From: an uncultured Acidobacteriota bacterium
GTDB lineage: Bacteria > Acidobacteriota > Terriglobia > Acidiferrales > UBA7541
Direction of reading: 5' to 3'
Length of the DNA: 64,000 nucleotides
NCBI GenBank assembly: GCA_963818605.1
Contig: CAWFSW010000008.1
Span: 2,589 to 66,588 of the forward strand
Under the pieces are notes generated by a model. It was not told the DNA's origin and searched no databases. It saw nothing but the letters and a program-made list of their open reading frames with translations. The position numbers were made by a program, and so were the translations under genes. Below, piece by piece: positions 27,039 to 37,722 of the stretch (position 1 is its first letter; the number at the start of each line of letters is the position of its first letter).

Positions 27039-28088
27039 CTACTTGAGTGCCGGCGAGGGCTGTGGCTGCTCGGCAGGTTCTTCTTTTGGGCGTGCGCGAT
27101 CGATTGCGAGTCCTGCCTGCGTCGCTATCACCGTGAACACATTCAGATCTTCCACCGTAAACATGCCGCGGCGCGAGAGATTGTCCACGTAGAGCAGACC
27201 GAGGCGCTTGTCTTTGGTTCCCAGCGGCGCACACATCGCGGACTGAATTCCAGAAATGGCGATGCTTTGGCTCGCGGCGAGGCGAGGATCGGCCTGCGGG
27301 TCGGAGACGAGCAGCGGAAGGCCGCCGTGCATCACCTGCCGAATGATGCTCTGCGAAATGGTCAGCTGCGGCGCGCCCTGGCCGGGCGAGGCTTTTGATC
27401 CGGCGCGGTAGCGGATCAGCGCAGGCTCGAAGCCGTAGCCGCCCTTGCTGAAATCTCCGCGGCCAATCGAATCGCGATCGAGCAGCATGATGAAGCCGCG
27501 CTCGGCGCCGTCCATTTCGAGGACGAGGTCGAGGATGCGGCGTGCAACGTCATCGGCCGCGGTAACTTCGCTGAGGGCGCGGTTGACTCGATACAGCAGC
27601 GTCAGCAGGCGATTTTCCTGTTCGAGCGCGTTCACGCGATCCTGCGCGCTGGCGGAGCGCTCCGCCGGCGACGCCATCGCGCTTCCCACAGATTGCGAAG
27701 GAAGAAACGATCCAGAGTATGCGGACTCCGCCATCACCTTCGCGAAATTGGGAGGCAATTCCGGAGTGCCATACGTGACCATGTTGCGCGCTGCCGAATC
27801 CTCGAAATAGCGAATCCTGTATTCACCGAGAATGATCTCGTCATTGGCGCGCAGGAAGGCTTCCTTGACGGCGGTGCCGTTGACCTTCACGCCGTTGATG
27901 GCGCCGCGATCTATGATTTGCCAGCGGCCATCGGGCGTTTCGCGCACCACGGCGTGTTGTCGCGAGATGCTGGCGTTGTCGAGGACGAGATTGCTCGACT
28001 TTGCGCGTCCGACCACAATCGGGCGGTCGCCGAGCAGCTCGAAGACGCGCGAGCCTTCCGTAGCATGGTGAATGAGGAATCTAGGCAT
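27039..28088 (-). CDS. FHA-domain / GAF-domain protein
   Basis: N-terminal FHA (IVVGRAKSSNLVLDNASISRQHAVV...INGVKVNG) and a C-terminal GAF-like domain. Confidence 0.8.
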   Translation of the reverse strand: MPRFLIHHATEGSRVFELLGDRPIVVGRAKSSNLVLDNASISRQHAVVRETPDGRWQIIDRGAINGVKVNGTAVKEAFLRANDEIILGEYRIRYFEDSAARNMVTYGTPELPPNFAKVMAESAYSGSFLPSQSVGSAMASPAERSASAQDRVNALEQENRLLTLLYRVNRALSEVTAADDVARRILDLVLEMDGAERGFIMLLDRDSIGRGDFSKGGYGFEPALIRYRAGSKASPGQGAPQLTISQSIIRQVMHGGLPLLVSDPQADPRLAASQSIAISGIQSAMCAPLGTKDKRLGLLYVDNLSRRGMFTVEDLNVFTVIATQAGLAIDRARPKEEPAEQPQPSPALK

Positions 28089-28202
28089 CGGAACAACTCA
28101 ACCACGATCTTCTGCCCTGGGCATCGCTGAATCAAGGCGCGCGAGGGAAGGCTTGTCCGATGGTTAACGGGCTGATTTGCGGGAACGGGGCGGAAGGACA
28201 TT

Positions 28203-28270
28203 CTCAGGGGCTAAAGCCCCGCTCCTGCTGCGGGAGTTATGTCGGAGCTGAAGCTCCGACCCCCTAAAGA
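28203..28270 (-). repeat. family A double-hairpin repeat (GGGGCTAAAGCCCC ... GTCGGAGCTGAAGCTCCGAC)
   Basis: Its reverse complement aligns with 52831-52922. Confidence 0.65.
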
Positions 28271-28288
28271 GCATGAGACGCACTGGAA

Positions 28289-28921
28289 CTATTGGTGGTA
28301 CTTAACGTCGAGCGGAGCGTTCATCTGGGGAACGTGCAGATTTTTCTTTTCAAACGCGGTGATGTCGGCTTCGTGGACGAGAGTTAGACCGATATCGTCG
28401 AGACCCTTGAGCAGGCATTCGCGGCGGAAGGGATCAACGGTGAAGGAATATCGCAGGCCTTTGTCGTCGGTGACGACCTGCTGCTCGAGGTCAACGGTCA
28501 CGCTATAGCCTTCGTTCGCGGCCGTTCGCTTGAAAAGCTCGTCAATCTGTTCGTTTGAAAGCGTGACGGGCAGGATGCCGTTCTTGAAGCAGTTGTTGTA
28601 GAAAATGTCGGCGTAGCTGGGCGCGAGAATCGCGCGGAAGCCGTAATCGAGAATGGCCCAGGGCGCGTGCTCGCGGCTCGAACCGCAGCCGAAATTCGCC
28701 TGCGCGAGAATCACGCTCGCGCCTTTGTAGCGCGGCTTGTTCAGCACGAAATCCGGATTCGGTTTTTCGCCCGGCAGGTAGCGCCAGTCGTAAAACAAAA
28801 CGCGGCCGTAGCCTTCGCGCGTCAGCAGCTTCAGGAATTGCTTCGGCACCATCTGATCCGTGTCCACGTTCACGCGGTCCATCGGCGCTACGAGGCCGGT
28901 ATGTTTTGTGAATGGTTTCAT
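28289..28921 (-). CDS. leuD: 3-isopropylmalate dehydratase small subunit
   Basis: [31 protein letters not shown]...[15 protein letters not shown], full length. Confidence 0.95.
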   Translation of the reverse strand: MKPFTKHTGLVAPMDRVNVDTDQMVPKQFLKLLTREGYGRVLFYDWRYLPGEKPNPDFVLNKPRYKGASVILAQANFGCGSSREHAPWAILDYGFRAILAPSYADIFYNNCFKNGILPVTLSNEQIDELFKRTAANEGYSVTVDLEQQVVTDDKGLRYSFTVDPFRRECLLKGLDDIGLTLVHEADITAFEKKNLHVPQMNAPLDVKYHQ

Positions 28922-28995
28922 TGGTATCTCAGTCTCTCGTAAGTCGCTTCTCGGAATCTCGCTCGTTAACTAACGTCGCTCGGATGCTGCGTCTT

Positions 28996-29184
28996 TCAGT
29001 CGATCGCAAGAATCCCGGCGACGGCCAAGGCTACGCCAATGAAGAAGGGCCGCGACAGCAACCGGGAGACCTGACGGCAAGGCCTGATGCGCGGGGTCGT
29101 GGCCAGATTGCGGAAGATCGGCCAAGTGCCCAGATTCGGGATGGCACCAAAAACGAAAACGCTGGCAATCTCGTAACGAAACAT
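28996..29184 (-). CDS. small hydrophobic ORF, possibly a fragment of a disrupted membrane-protein gene
   Basis: 62-aa ORF with two hydrophobic segments, between leuC and leuD. No homology recognised. Confidence 0.2.
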   Translation of the reverse strand: MFRYEIASVFVFGAIPNLGTWPIFRNLATTPRIRPCRQVSRLLSRPFFIGVALAVAGILAID

Positions 29185-29269
29185 CAGAACGCAAGCGCCG
29201 CGAAGCGCCCATCGGCTCCCCCTTACGGATAGGGAATGAAGAGAATCAGCAATCCGATCATCGAAAGCA

Positions 29270-29446
29270 CTAGCCGAGCGAACCCCGCTTCATGGACCCA
29301 GTTCTCATAGTGAACATGAAATTCAAAGTTCCAGCTTCAACTCGGCGGCTCGGCTGTACGAAGGGAATCATCCAGCGCGAAGACCACAGCATAGCCAGCA
29401 GTGGTATCGCGATGAGCACAAGCGAAATCCGATGCAGGGTCTTCAT
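29270..29446 (-). CDS. small membrane ORF translationally coupled to leuC, possibly frameshifted
   Basis: The ATG overlaps the leuC stop (ATGA). [21 protein letters not shown] is a TM helix. A second frame continues as ...[29 protein letters not shown]. Confidence 0.3.
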   Translation of the reverse strand: MKTLHRISLVLIAIPLLAMLWSSRWMIPFVQPSRRVEAGTLNFMFTMRTGSMKRGSLG

Positions 29447-30904
29447 CGGCAATCATTGGGACTGATTCGCCGCAATTTACTCGATCTCCGTTCCTTCACG
29501 CCGCTCCACTTGCGAATGTCCACGAAGTGGCCTTCGATCGCGGCGGCCGCGGCCATCGCCGGGCTGACCAGATGCGTGCGGCTGCCCTTGCCCTGGCGGC
29601 CTTCGAAATTGCGGTTCGAGGTGCTGGCGGAGCGCTCGCCGCTGGGCAGCACGTCGTCATTCATGCCGATGCACATACTGCAGCCGGAATCGCGCCATTC
29701 GAATCCCGCGGCAAGGAAAATCTTATCGAGGCCTTCTTTTTCGGCTTCGGCTTTTACGACGCGCGAGCCGGGAACGACCAGCGCCTGCTTCAGCGATTTC
29801 GCAACATGCTTGCCGGAAGCCACTTTAGCTGCGGCGCGAAGATCCTCAATTCTTGAATTCGTGCACGAGCCGATGAACACGCGATCGAGCCGGATTTCTT
29901 CCATCGGCGTCCCGGGCTTCAAATCCATGTAAACGAGCGCGCCTTCGGCGGCTTTGCGGTCAACTGGATCCTGGAACGAGGAAGGATCGGGAACTCGGCC
30001 GGTAACTTGCGTGACCATGCCGGGATTCGTGCCCCATGTGACCATCGGAGCGATGTCCGCCGCCTGCAGCGTGACGGTCGCATCGTATTTCGCGCCGGGA
30101 TCGGTCGCGAGCGATTTCCAGTATTCGACCGCGGACTGAAAATCTTTTCCGCGCGGCGCGAACGGCCGTCCCTCGATATAGGCAAACGTCGTCTCATCCG
30201 GCGCGACCATCCCCGCGCGCGCGCCGCCCTCGATGGACATGTTGCACATCGTCATGCGGCCTTCCATGGAAAGGCCGCGCACCGCTTCGCCGGTGTATTC
30301 GACAACGTGTCCGTTTCCGCCGCCGATTCCAATCTTGCCGATGATCGCAAGAATGATGTCCTTCGCCGTGACGCCGCGCGGGCGCTTGCCCTGCACGTCA
30401 ATCTTCATGGTCTTCGATTTGAACTGCGAGAGGCATTGCGTGGCAAAACATGCTCCACTTCGCTGGTCCCGATGCCGAAAGCGAGCGCGCCGAATGCGCC
30501 GTGCGTGGCCGTGTGGCTATCGCCGCAGACGATCGTGCATCCGGGCAGCGTGATTCCCAGCTCCGGGCCGATCACGTGCACGATGCCCTGGTTCCGGCTG
30601 TTCATGTCGAAGAGATTGATGCCGTTTTCCTGGCAATTGCGCGCCAGCGCGTCGAATTGGGATTGGCGTCGAGATCGAGCACGGGCGCGAGGCGATCTTT
30701 CGTCGAGACGGAATGATCCATCACCGCGAACGTCAGCTCCGGGCGGCGGACTTTGCGGCCCGCGAGTTTCAAACCGGAGAATGCCTGCGGCGTGGTGCCT
30801 TCGTGGATCAGGTGACGATCAATATAGATCAGCGAAGGTTGTCCCGGCTCTTCGTGGACGACGTGCGCATCCCAGATTTTTTCGTAGAGTGTGCGTGGAG
30901 CCAT
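29443..30904 (-). pseudogene. leuC: 3-isopropylmalate dehydratase large subunit, reading frame broken twice
   Basis: Three ORF pieces (30602..30904, 30405..30605, 29443..30408) together give a complete LeuC: ...[14 protein letters not shown]..., [33 protein letters not shown]..., [11 protein letters not shown]|[19 protein letters not shown]... The shifts are near 30655-30665 and near 30442-30444. Confidence 0.9.
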
Positions 30905-30989
30905 AGGCCGGATTACTCCATTCCCCGACTGTATTGTAGCAATTCCGCTGAGGTGCCGCCAATCGAAGCGCCGCGACTACAGCAGGGAA

Positions 30990-31811
30990 CTATTTCGATT
31001 CTTTGAGCGCTCCGATTGTGATCACCGGAACGCAGAAAAAGATGGCGTCATTGATGATTTCGATCCGTAGAGCCTCCGCCAGCGCAGGCGTGGCATTGCG
31101 GAACAGTCGCGTCAATTCTTGGACGGCTTCAGGCGGCGTGTTTATTCGCCGTATCCATGCGGCGAAATCCATGGACCGTCCATTTTCAGTGGCAAAGCCG
31201 ATTTCCTCCGAAAATACGCGTAGCCCGGCGTCTGCGATCATGGCACGCCATTGGCTCGGGGAGTAGTTCTGGACGTGCGACGGATCGCGCAGCCTCTCGA
31301 TATGATCCCACTGTGAAGCAAGAACCGAGTCCTCCGGCGACGTGCTGTCCACAATCACGACGCGGGCGCCGGGCTTGGCCACGCGCGCCATTTCGCGAAT
31401 CGCACTGCGCACGTCGGCAAAATGATGGGGCGCCTGGCGCACTGTGACGATATCGAAGCTCGAATCCGGAAAAGGAAGCTTCTCGGCCGGGCCCTGTTTC
31501 GTCTCGACATTTGTAAGTCCGCGAGCATCAGCATTGCGCCGGGTCTCAAGCAGCATTTCCGGCGTCAAATCGTAAGCGATCACGCGCGCGACGCGCGGAG
31601 CCAACGCCAGCGCCGTATGCCCCGCGCCGGTCGCGATGTCGAGCGCCGCGTCGGTCGCTTTCGGCTCCGCGAGCTCGACGACGCGCTGCAGCGCGCTCGC
31701 ATCGGCGTGCACCAGGCTGGTGCCATAGGCCTCAGCCGCGGCCCCGAACTGCGACTGGACACGCTCGTGCACCGCAGTTTGTTCGGGCGTATCGCTAGCC
31801 GCTCGCGTCAT
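30990..31811 (-). CDS. class I SAM-dependent methyltransferase
   Basis: LDIATGAGHTALALAP (motif I) ...FDIVTVRQAPHHF. 273 aa. Confidence 0.85.
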   Translation of the reverse strand: MTRAASDTPEQTAVHERVQSQFGAAAEAYGTSLVHADASALQRVVELAEPKATDAALDIATGAGHTALALAPRVARVIAYDLTPEMLLETRRNADARGLTNVETKQGPAEKLPFPDSSFDIVTVRQAPHHFADVRSAIREMARVAKPGARVVIVDSTSPEDSVLASQWDHIERLRDPSHVQNYSPSQWRAMIADAGLRVFSEEIGFATENGRSMDFAAWIRRINTPPEAVQELTRLFRNATPALAEALRIEIINDAIFFCVPVITIGALKESK

Positions 31812-32004
31812 GATTTCGTCTCCTCGTCCGTTATAGAAAACGCGATTCAGGCATACCTGTCCAATAAAAAATCATATGTGGCACTGTGCGTCGGCGCGAC
31901 TGCCGTCGGACATGGGCATCGCTGATTTACCCGCCAAGGCGTTGTCCGAAAGAGCGGACGATCCTCTCGCGTGCTAGAATCTCCGTTCTTCATCCATTTC
32001 ATTG

Positions 32005-32819
32005 ATGCCCGCTGCCAACCACTCCTCAACTGCTGTACCTCGCCCGTGCCCGCTCTGTGGCGCGATGGATCGCAGGGTACTTACGCGGCGCGACCCGTGG
32101 GAAATTGTCGAGTGCGCGCGATGCAGCATGGTGTTCATCGGCAGCGAACTGGCCTACGACGTGCAAGCGCGGGACCACGACTGGATGGACGAGCATGCGA
32201 AAGCAGCATCGGAGCGCAAGCGGAAACAGCCGATTTTCGTTGTGCTTTCGCGGTTGCTGCGCCCGCTGCGGCCGAATACAAACGGGCGCATGCTCTCGCA
32301 GACTCTGCGCTGGAGAAGGGAAGGGAAGCTCGTTGATTTCGGCTGCGGCGACGCAGGATTCCTGGTGCTCGCGACGAAACATTTCGACGTGACGGGAATC
32401 GAGCTCAGCCCGCGCGGCGCGGAGATTTCGCGGCAGCGGATTTCCCCTGAGAAGATTCTCGAAGGCCCGGTGACCGGAGCTTGCCGGCACGCTGCCCGAA
32501 GAGTCCTTCGATGTGGTGACGCAGTTCGGCTATATCGAACACGAATGGCAGCCCATCGCGGGACTTCGCGCCGCGCATCGCGTTCTCAAGCCCGGCGGCG
32601 TCACCGTGATCAAGACTCCCAACTACGCAAGCTGGAACCGCACGATCCGGGGAATGGATTGGTGCGGATATCACGTTCCCGCGCACTGTAATTACTTCAC
32701 GCCGCGCACGCTCCGCGAAATACTTCGACGCACCGGCTTCGAGCCGCTTACGCGTCCCGCTCGCCGATTGCTTGCCCACAAGCGATTCGCTCTGGATGGC
32801 GGCGCGAAAGTTGACCTAG
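32005..32819 (+). pseudogene. class I SAM-dependent methyltransferase with an N-terminal Cys4 ribbon, reading frame broken twice
   Basis: CPLCG...CARCSMVF ribbon and the LVDFGCGDAGF motif. The frames join as ...ILEGPVT|ELAGTLPEESFDVVTQFGYIEH...FEPLTR|PLADCLPTSDSLWMAARKLT. There are extra bases at about 32476 (GG) and about 32758 (CCC). Confidence 0.75.
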
Positions 32820-32913
32820 CGCAGCGCGCAGTCCTGGCAACAGGACATTTCGCGCGGACACAAAGCGCATACAATAGCCGCGGGCCACCCGGACGAAGTT
32901 CAAGGCGGAAAAC

Positions 32914-33639
32914 GTGCGGCGCGGCATCGTGATCCTCGCATTGGTTCTGCTCAGCAGCGGGCTCTTTGCCTCGGCAAGAGTCGACGAAGATGTCCGGCAA
33001 TCTTTTCCGCTTTCTCCCGGAACGAGCTGGGTATATCGCGGATTCGTGCGCTCGTGGGAGGAAGGCTCGACGGTTGGAAAGGTAACGGGCGTGACTTGGA
33101 CGATGTCGGTCATGCGCCTCATCGAAAGAGACGGTGTTTCAGCGGCAGTGGTGAAGGGATTTCCGACTGATCTGGATTGGTCGGACGGGCATGCCGAGCC
33201 GCAGCTTTCGATTTTGGCCGAGACGCGCGATGCGAAATTTTATTTGAATTCGGAGTGGGACGCGCAGTCCGTGCTCGATCAAATTGACAACCCGAAATAT
33301 CCGCTGCAGGATCTCGCGCGCGCGGACGATTGGTTCATGCAACTGCCGCTCGCGACGGGAAGACGATTTTGCGACGACGCTGGGATGCAGCGGCCCGACG
33401 GACGTTACTGTTGGCTGACCGGAGATCCGCATCCGGCTGAGTTAAGCCACGTGAAAGGGCTGACTCCGACCGCGCGAACCGCGTACGAGATCGAATACGA
33501 TACAAACCCAGATGACGAGGAGTTCGAGTTCGTGGACGGAGTCGGCATAACGAAATATGGATACCACCATCACGGGACAACCGCGGACACGGAGTTGAGC
33601 CTGATCGAATTTCATCCCGCAGGGGATTCGAGCCGCTGA
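32914..33639 (+). CDS. secreted hypothetical protein
   Basis: Signal peptide MRRGIVILALVLLSSGLFASA. 241 aa, no recognised domain. Confidence 0.5.
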   Translation: MRRGIVILALVLLSSGLFASARVDEDVRQSFPLSPGTSWVYRGFVRSWEEGSTVGKVTGVTWTMSVMRLIERDGVSAAVVKGFPTDLDWSDGHAEPQLSILAETRDAKFYLNSEWDAQSVLDQIDNPKYPLQDLARADDWFMQLPLATGRRFCDDAGMQRPDGRYCWLTGDPHPAELSHVKGLTPTARTAYEIEYDTNPDDEEFEFVDGVGITKYGYHHHGTTADTELSLIEFHPAGDSSR

Positions 33640-33919
33640 TTTTTCTTCGCTGAACAAAAAGTGAATAACGGACGCGCGGGACACTGATCTTCGCCTGTAC
33701 GAAAACTGTACCCCGAGCACATTGACTGGAATGATGTGCTCGCATATCTTGCCTCCGCATTCGCAAGCTGAATTTCCAACGATCGGCTGCGAATGGAACC
33801 CGACATCGCTCTAACGTTGCTCTAAAGATCTTCAGGTTGCCCGCCCAGCCTTGAGGCCGAAAAAGTTTGCACGGGAGGGGTGTGTCTCGCCACTCTCCCG
33901 CGCCCGGACAAGGAGGACC

Positions 33920-35401
33920 ATGCTCATGAAGGGTCACGGAAAAATCGCGTTTGCAGCAATGCTCACGGCTTTGATGTCATTCAGTCCAATTCCCGTTGCG
34001 CGTGCACAGGGTGGCGGGCCGAACGCAGGATCGGGCGGAGGTCAAAACGGCGGATCGGGCAGCAGTTCGAGCGCGCATGATCCAGGCCCGCGCGCCGGAT
34101 CGCTTGGCGCGGGTAAGCCACTCGCGACGCTAAACGGGTATCAGCTTGAGTTTTTTCGAAATGGCCTCATGCGATTTAATCAGACAGATTCCGTGAGCGG
34201 CACACTTCCTGGCGAAAAGGGAACGGGGCTTGGTCCCGGCTACAATGCCACCAGCTGCCAAAGCTGCCATGCGCAGCCCTCTGCGGGCGGTTCGAGTCCG
34301 AGCGTCAGCGCGTATCCCCATATCGGGCCCAATCCGCAGGTTGCCGCTGCCACGGCAGATGGCGCGACCAACACGCTGCCATACTTCATCACAGCCGATG
34401 GGCCAGTTCGCGAGGCGCGGTTTCCGTACGTGGTAGATGCAAATAACAACATCACTCAGACTCCCGACGGCGGCGTGCACGACGTGTTCACCATCGCCGG
34501 CCGCCCGGACGCGCCGAGCTGCACAATGGCGCAGCCGAACTACGAACTGGCGCAACAGCTAGGCAATGTGATCTTCCGCATTCCCACGCCAATCTTCGGC
34601 GCGGGATTGATCGAGAACATCGCGGACGCGACGATTCTGAACAATATGGCCGCAAATGCGACGCTCAAACAGCAGCTCGGAATTTCAGGATTTCCGAACA
34701 CCAGCGGCAACGATGGTTCGATCACCCGCTTCGGCTGGAAGGCGCAGAACAAGTCGCTGGAAATATTCGCGGGCGAGGCCTACAACGTCGAGATGGGCGT
34801 GACGAACGAACTGTTTCCGAACAAGCGTGCGAACCCTCCGGCGGCGTGCCTGTATAACTCCACGCCGGAAGACGCGACGAATTTCAATCTTTCCGGCCCG
34901 AACATTCCCAGCGATACGGTCGCGTTTGCTGCCTTCATGCGATTCCTGGCTCCTCCACAGCCGTCCGCTCAGGGAATCCCGGGCAATCCGTCGCCGCGGT
35001 CCATTCAGAACGGAAGCAATCTGTTCACTCAGGTGCATTGCGATATGTGCCACACGCCGGCGCTTCAGACAGCCGGTTCTGCATTCACGCCCGGTCTGAG
35101 CAACCAAACCGCGAATCTGTATTCGGACCTTCTGGTTCACAACATGGGAGCCAGCCTCTCCGATCAAGTGTCGCAGGGGGCAGCTGGGCCAGCTGATTTC
35201 CGCACGGCCCCTCTCTGGGGAGTGGGCCAGCGGGTTTTCTTTCTCCATGATGGCCGCGCCACTCCTGCAAATGGCGGGTTATTGCAGGCGATCGAAGACC
35301 ACGCCAGCCAGGGCTCTGAGGCAAACGGCGTGATTACCATCTTCAACAGTCTGAGCGATTCCCAAAAGCAGGACTTGCTGAATTTCCTGCGGTCGCTCTA
35401 A
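33920..35401 (+). CDS. DUF1111-family di-haem protein (thiol-oxidoreductase / cytochrome c peroxidase-like)
   Basis: AGGAGG lies upstream of the ATG at 33920. Signal peptide. Two CxxCH sites (CQSCH, CDMCH). The overall pattern fits DUF1111. Confidence 0.8.
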   Translation: MLMKGHGKIAFAAMLTALMSFSPIPVARAQGGGPNAGSGGGQNGGSGSSSSAHDPGPRAGSLGAGKPLATLNGYQLEFFRNGLMRFNQTDSVSGTLPGEKGTGLGPGYNATSCQSCHAQPSAGGSSPSVSAYPHIGPNPQVAAATADGATNTLPYFITADGPVREARFPYVVDANNNITQTPDGGVHDVFTIAGRPDAPSCTMAQPNYELAQQLGNVIFRIPTPIFGAGLIENIADATILNNMAANATLKQQLGISGFPNTSGNDGSITRFGWKAQNKSLEIFAGEAYNVEMGVTNELFPNKRANPPAACLYNSTPEDATNFNLSGPNIPSDTVAFAAFMRFLAPPQPSAQGIPGNPSPRSIQNGSNLFTQVHCDMCHTPALQTAGSAFTPGLSNQTANLYSDLLVHNMGASLSDQVSQGAAGPADFRTAPLWGVGQRVFFLHDGRATPANGGLLQAIEDHASQGSEANGVITIFNSLSDSQKQDLLNFLRSL

Positions 35402-35756
35402 GCACGGCTCTACATTCGGCGCGCGAGTGAATTCTCCTGGCGGGTGCTCGCGCGCCGGCAGTGGCGCAGATGATTCTTCCAGCCACCGCATCAATTGACA
35501 AAAGTCGTAGGCGGCCATTCGCCCACCCAAATCTGCCGAGGCTCCGTGCCCCCTGTCCAGATTTCTCTCCAAACGTGCTAAAGTATACGTGCGCTTTCGA
35601 AGAGCCAGCCTTGCTTGTGAGTCTGCGGGAGCGCCGCGTCAGGCGTCCCCCGCTCGACTTGATCCGGTTCTGAATCGTTGATTTCGGCGCACGGCACATC
35701 GCCAGGTGCCGTGAGAGAACGCGCCAGCCTGGTACGCAGTCCAGGAAAGGACGAGC

Positions 35757-36173
35757 ATGAAAAACCTGTTTGTGGGCAACATGAGCTTCCAAACCACCGA
35801 GGGCGATCTGCGTGCGCTCTTCGAACCATTCGGTCAGGTCGCGCGCGTTCATATCGCAATGGACCGCGAGACGGGCCGGTCGCGAGGCTTCGCGTTCGTG
35901 GAAATGCCGAACGACGCGGAGGCCGCAACGGCAATGCAATCGCTCGACGGCAAGGACGTCGGCGGGCGCAATTTGAAGGTGAACGAAGCGCGTCCGAAGG
36001 AAGCATCCAGTGGACCGCGCGGGCCGCGAGGCGGTGGTCCCGGCGGCGACCGTGGAGGTTCAGGCGGCGGCCGCGGTGGGGACCGCGGAAGCTCGGGCGG
36101 CGGCGGGCGAGGCAGATTCTCGAATGAAGACTACCGCGAATCCCCGCGGCAGCCGCGCGAACCGCGCTGGTAG
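35757..36173 (+). CDS. RRM-type RNA-binding protein with a Gly/Arg-rich tail
   Basis: RNP2 LFVGNM and RNP1 RGFAFVEM. The C-terminus is RGG-rich. Confidence 0.9.
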   Translation: MKNLFVGNMSFQTTEGDLRALFEPFGQVARVHIAMDRETGRSRGFAFVEMPNDAEAATAMQSLDGKDVGGRNLKVNEARPKEASSGPRGPRGGGPGGDRGGSGGGRGGDRGSSGGGGRGRFSNEDYRESPRQPREPRW

Positions 36174-36240
36174 GAATTGATGCGAAGCGTCTGTGGGCGG
36201 CGGAGGAGTTCGCGTCCGACTTCGATTTCAAGGAGATCTC

Positions 36241-36438
36241 GTGACAACCACATTCCAGAAACGCCAAAAAGAAATGAAGCGAATGGAGAAGGCGCGCGCG
36301 AAAGCCGAGCGCCGCGCGCAGAAGAAACTCGAACCCAACTCAACGGATGAGGAAGAGCTTCAAGTACTGACCGGCCCCCGCCCGCTCGACGACGATCCGC
36401 TGGCCGATCCGCTGCCGAACATATTGGGCGAAAATTGA
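36241..36438 (+). CDS. small basic/acidic hypothetical protein (65 aa)
   Basis: AGGAG lies 5 nt upstream of the GTG at 36241. Lys/Arg-rich N-terminal half and acidic C-terminal half. Confidence 0.35.
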   Translation: MTTTFQKRQKEMKRMEKARAKAERRAQKKLEPNSTDEEELQVLTGPRPLDDDPLADPLPNILGEN

Positions 36439-36500
36439 AGAGACTATTTTAATCGGACACAGGCCGCTCGATCACAGCAGGATGCATCGGGCGACGACGC

Positions 36501-37508
36501 TTACTTCTGGAAATGCGGCATCACCTCGCTGGTGAAAAGCTCGAGCGAGCGGACGCTCTCCTCGTGGGTCAGATTCCCGTAGGCAAAGCGCGGAACGTAG
36601 TAGTTGGCTCCCGAAACTTCGATATCTCTCTCGATCTTGGCCCTTACCGTCGCCGGAGTGCCGGTAATCAAGGTCGCCTCCGCAGAACGGATGACTTCCT
36701 CAAGGCTCATCGCACTGACGTTGAATTTCCGCCACAGATAAACGAGGCTTTCGTAGAATTTTCGCGACCCGAACGCCCCTCGCTCCTGAGCGTGCCGATC
36801 TGAGTCCGCCAAATATACGAAGCGCGTGACGCCTGCACGCGGCATTTTCTTTCCGCTCGCGCCGTGCGACTTGGTCCACCCATCCTTGTAGCCGGCGATG
36901 ACTTTGGCGGCTTCAGCGGAATCAACCAGCGTGACGATGTTCATATTCTGGCGAGCGGCCTTGGCTGCGCTTTCGGCGCTGTTGGTGGCATACCAGAGTG
37001 GAGGATGCGGAAGTTGGTATGGCTTCAGTTCGATCGGCACATTGGTGAAGTCGAAATACTTGCCGTGAAAATCCACCACGTCTTTGGTGAGAGCGGCCAT
37101 CACTACTTCCATCGCCTCTCCGTACATTCCCGGCGCATCCTGCTCGCGGACGTTGAAAAATCCCAGCTCCACTCCGGAGACTCCGCGGCCGGTTCCGATT
37201 TCGAATCGGCCTTTGGTCAGGTGGTCGAGCATGCAAATCTCGGCCGCCAGACGCAGCGGGTTGTAGAGCGTTGCGATCAACACAAGCGGAGCGAAGCGGA
37301 TGTGTTGGGTAATCCGCGAGGCTGCGGCCAGGAAAACGATGGGCGAGGGCGCCAGGCCGAGTGGAGTGCTGTGGTGCTCGGTGATGTGAAACGTCGTGAA
37401 GCCGGCTTTGTCGTAGAGCTCGAGCAGCTTCAGACGGCTATCGTAGGTCTTGGCGATAGGTTCGTCCTGCCGATCCACATGGTCAATGACCCCAAACTCA
37501 ACTTTCAT
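36501..37508 (-). CDS. LLM-class (luciferase-like) flavin-dependent oxidoreductase
   Basis: MKVEFGVIDHV...FTTFHITEHHSTPLG...GRFEIGTGRGVSG pattern. Confidence 0.85.
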   Translation of the reverse strand: MKVEFGVIDHVDRQDEPIAKTYDSRLKLLELYDKAGFTTFHITEHHSTPLGLAPSPIVFLAAASRITQHIRFAPLVLIATLYNPLRLAAEICMLDHLTKGRFEIGTGRGVSGVELGFFNVREQDAPGMYGEAMEVVMAALTKDVVDFHGKYFDFTNVPIELKPYQLPHPPLWYATNSAESAAKAARQNMNIVTLVDSAEAAKVIAGYKDGWTKSHGASGKKMPRAGVTRFVYLADSDRHAQERGAFGSRKFYESLVYLWRKFNVSAMSLEEVIRSAEATLITGTPATVRAKIERDIEVSGANYYVPRFAYGNLTHEESVRSLELFTSEVMPHFQK

Positions 37509-37722
37509 CGTTTGCGCCCTTCGGAAACCTGGAGGATCGCCCGCCCGGGGGGAGCGTCTCTGGAGCGCAGAGACTTTACCCCCGAGGGAGGCGGTTGGCA
37601 AATACCCTATTGCGGACGCCCTTGGTTGTCACGGCAAGGGCCTCCTGGAGCGGGCTTGCGGTGTCAGAATGAATGCTATACTCAGATTTCCGCTGCGTCC
37701 GGTGACCAAAAGGAGTACGAGG

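Noticed and set aside
35402-35756. 355-nt upstream region of the RRM RNA-binding protein gene, considered as a possible long regulatory leader (cold-shock-type).
   Set aside because: I could not define a convincing promoter or a conserved structure from the sequence alone. I note it only as a place to look with RNA-seq.
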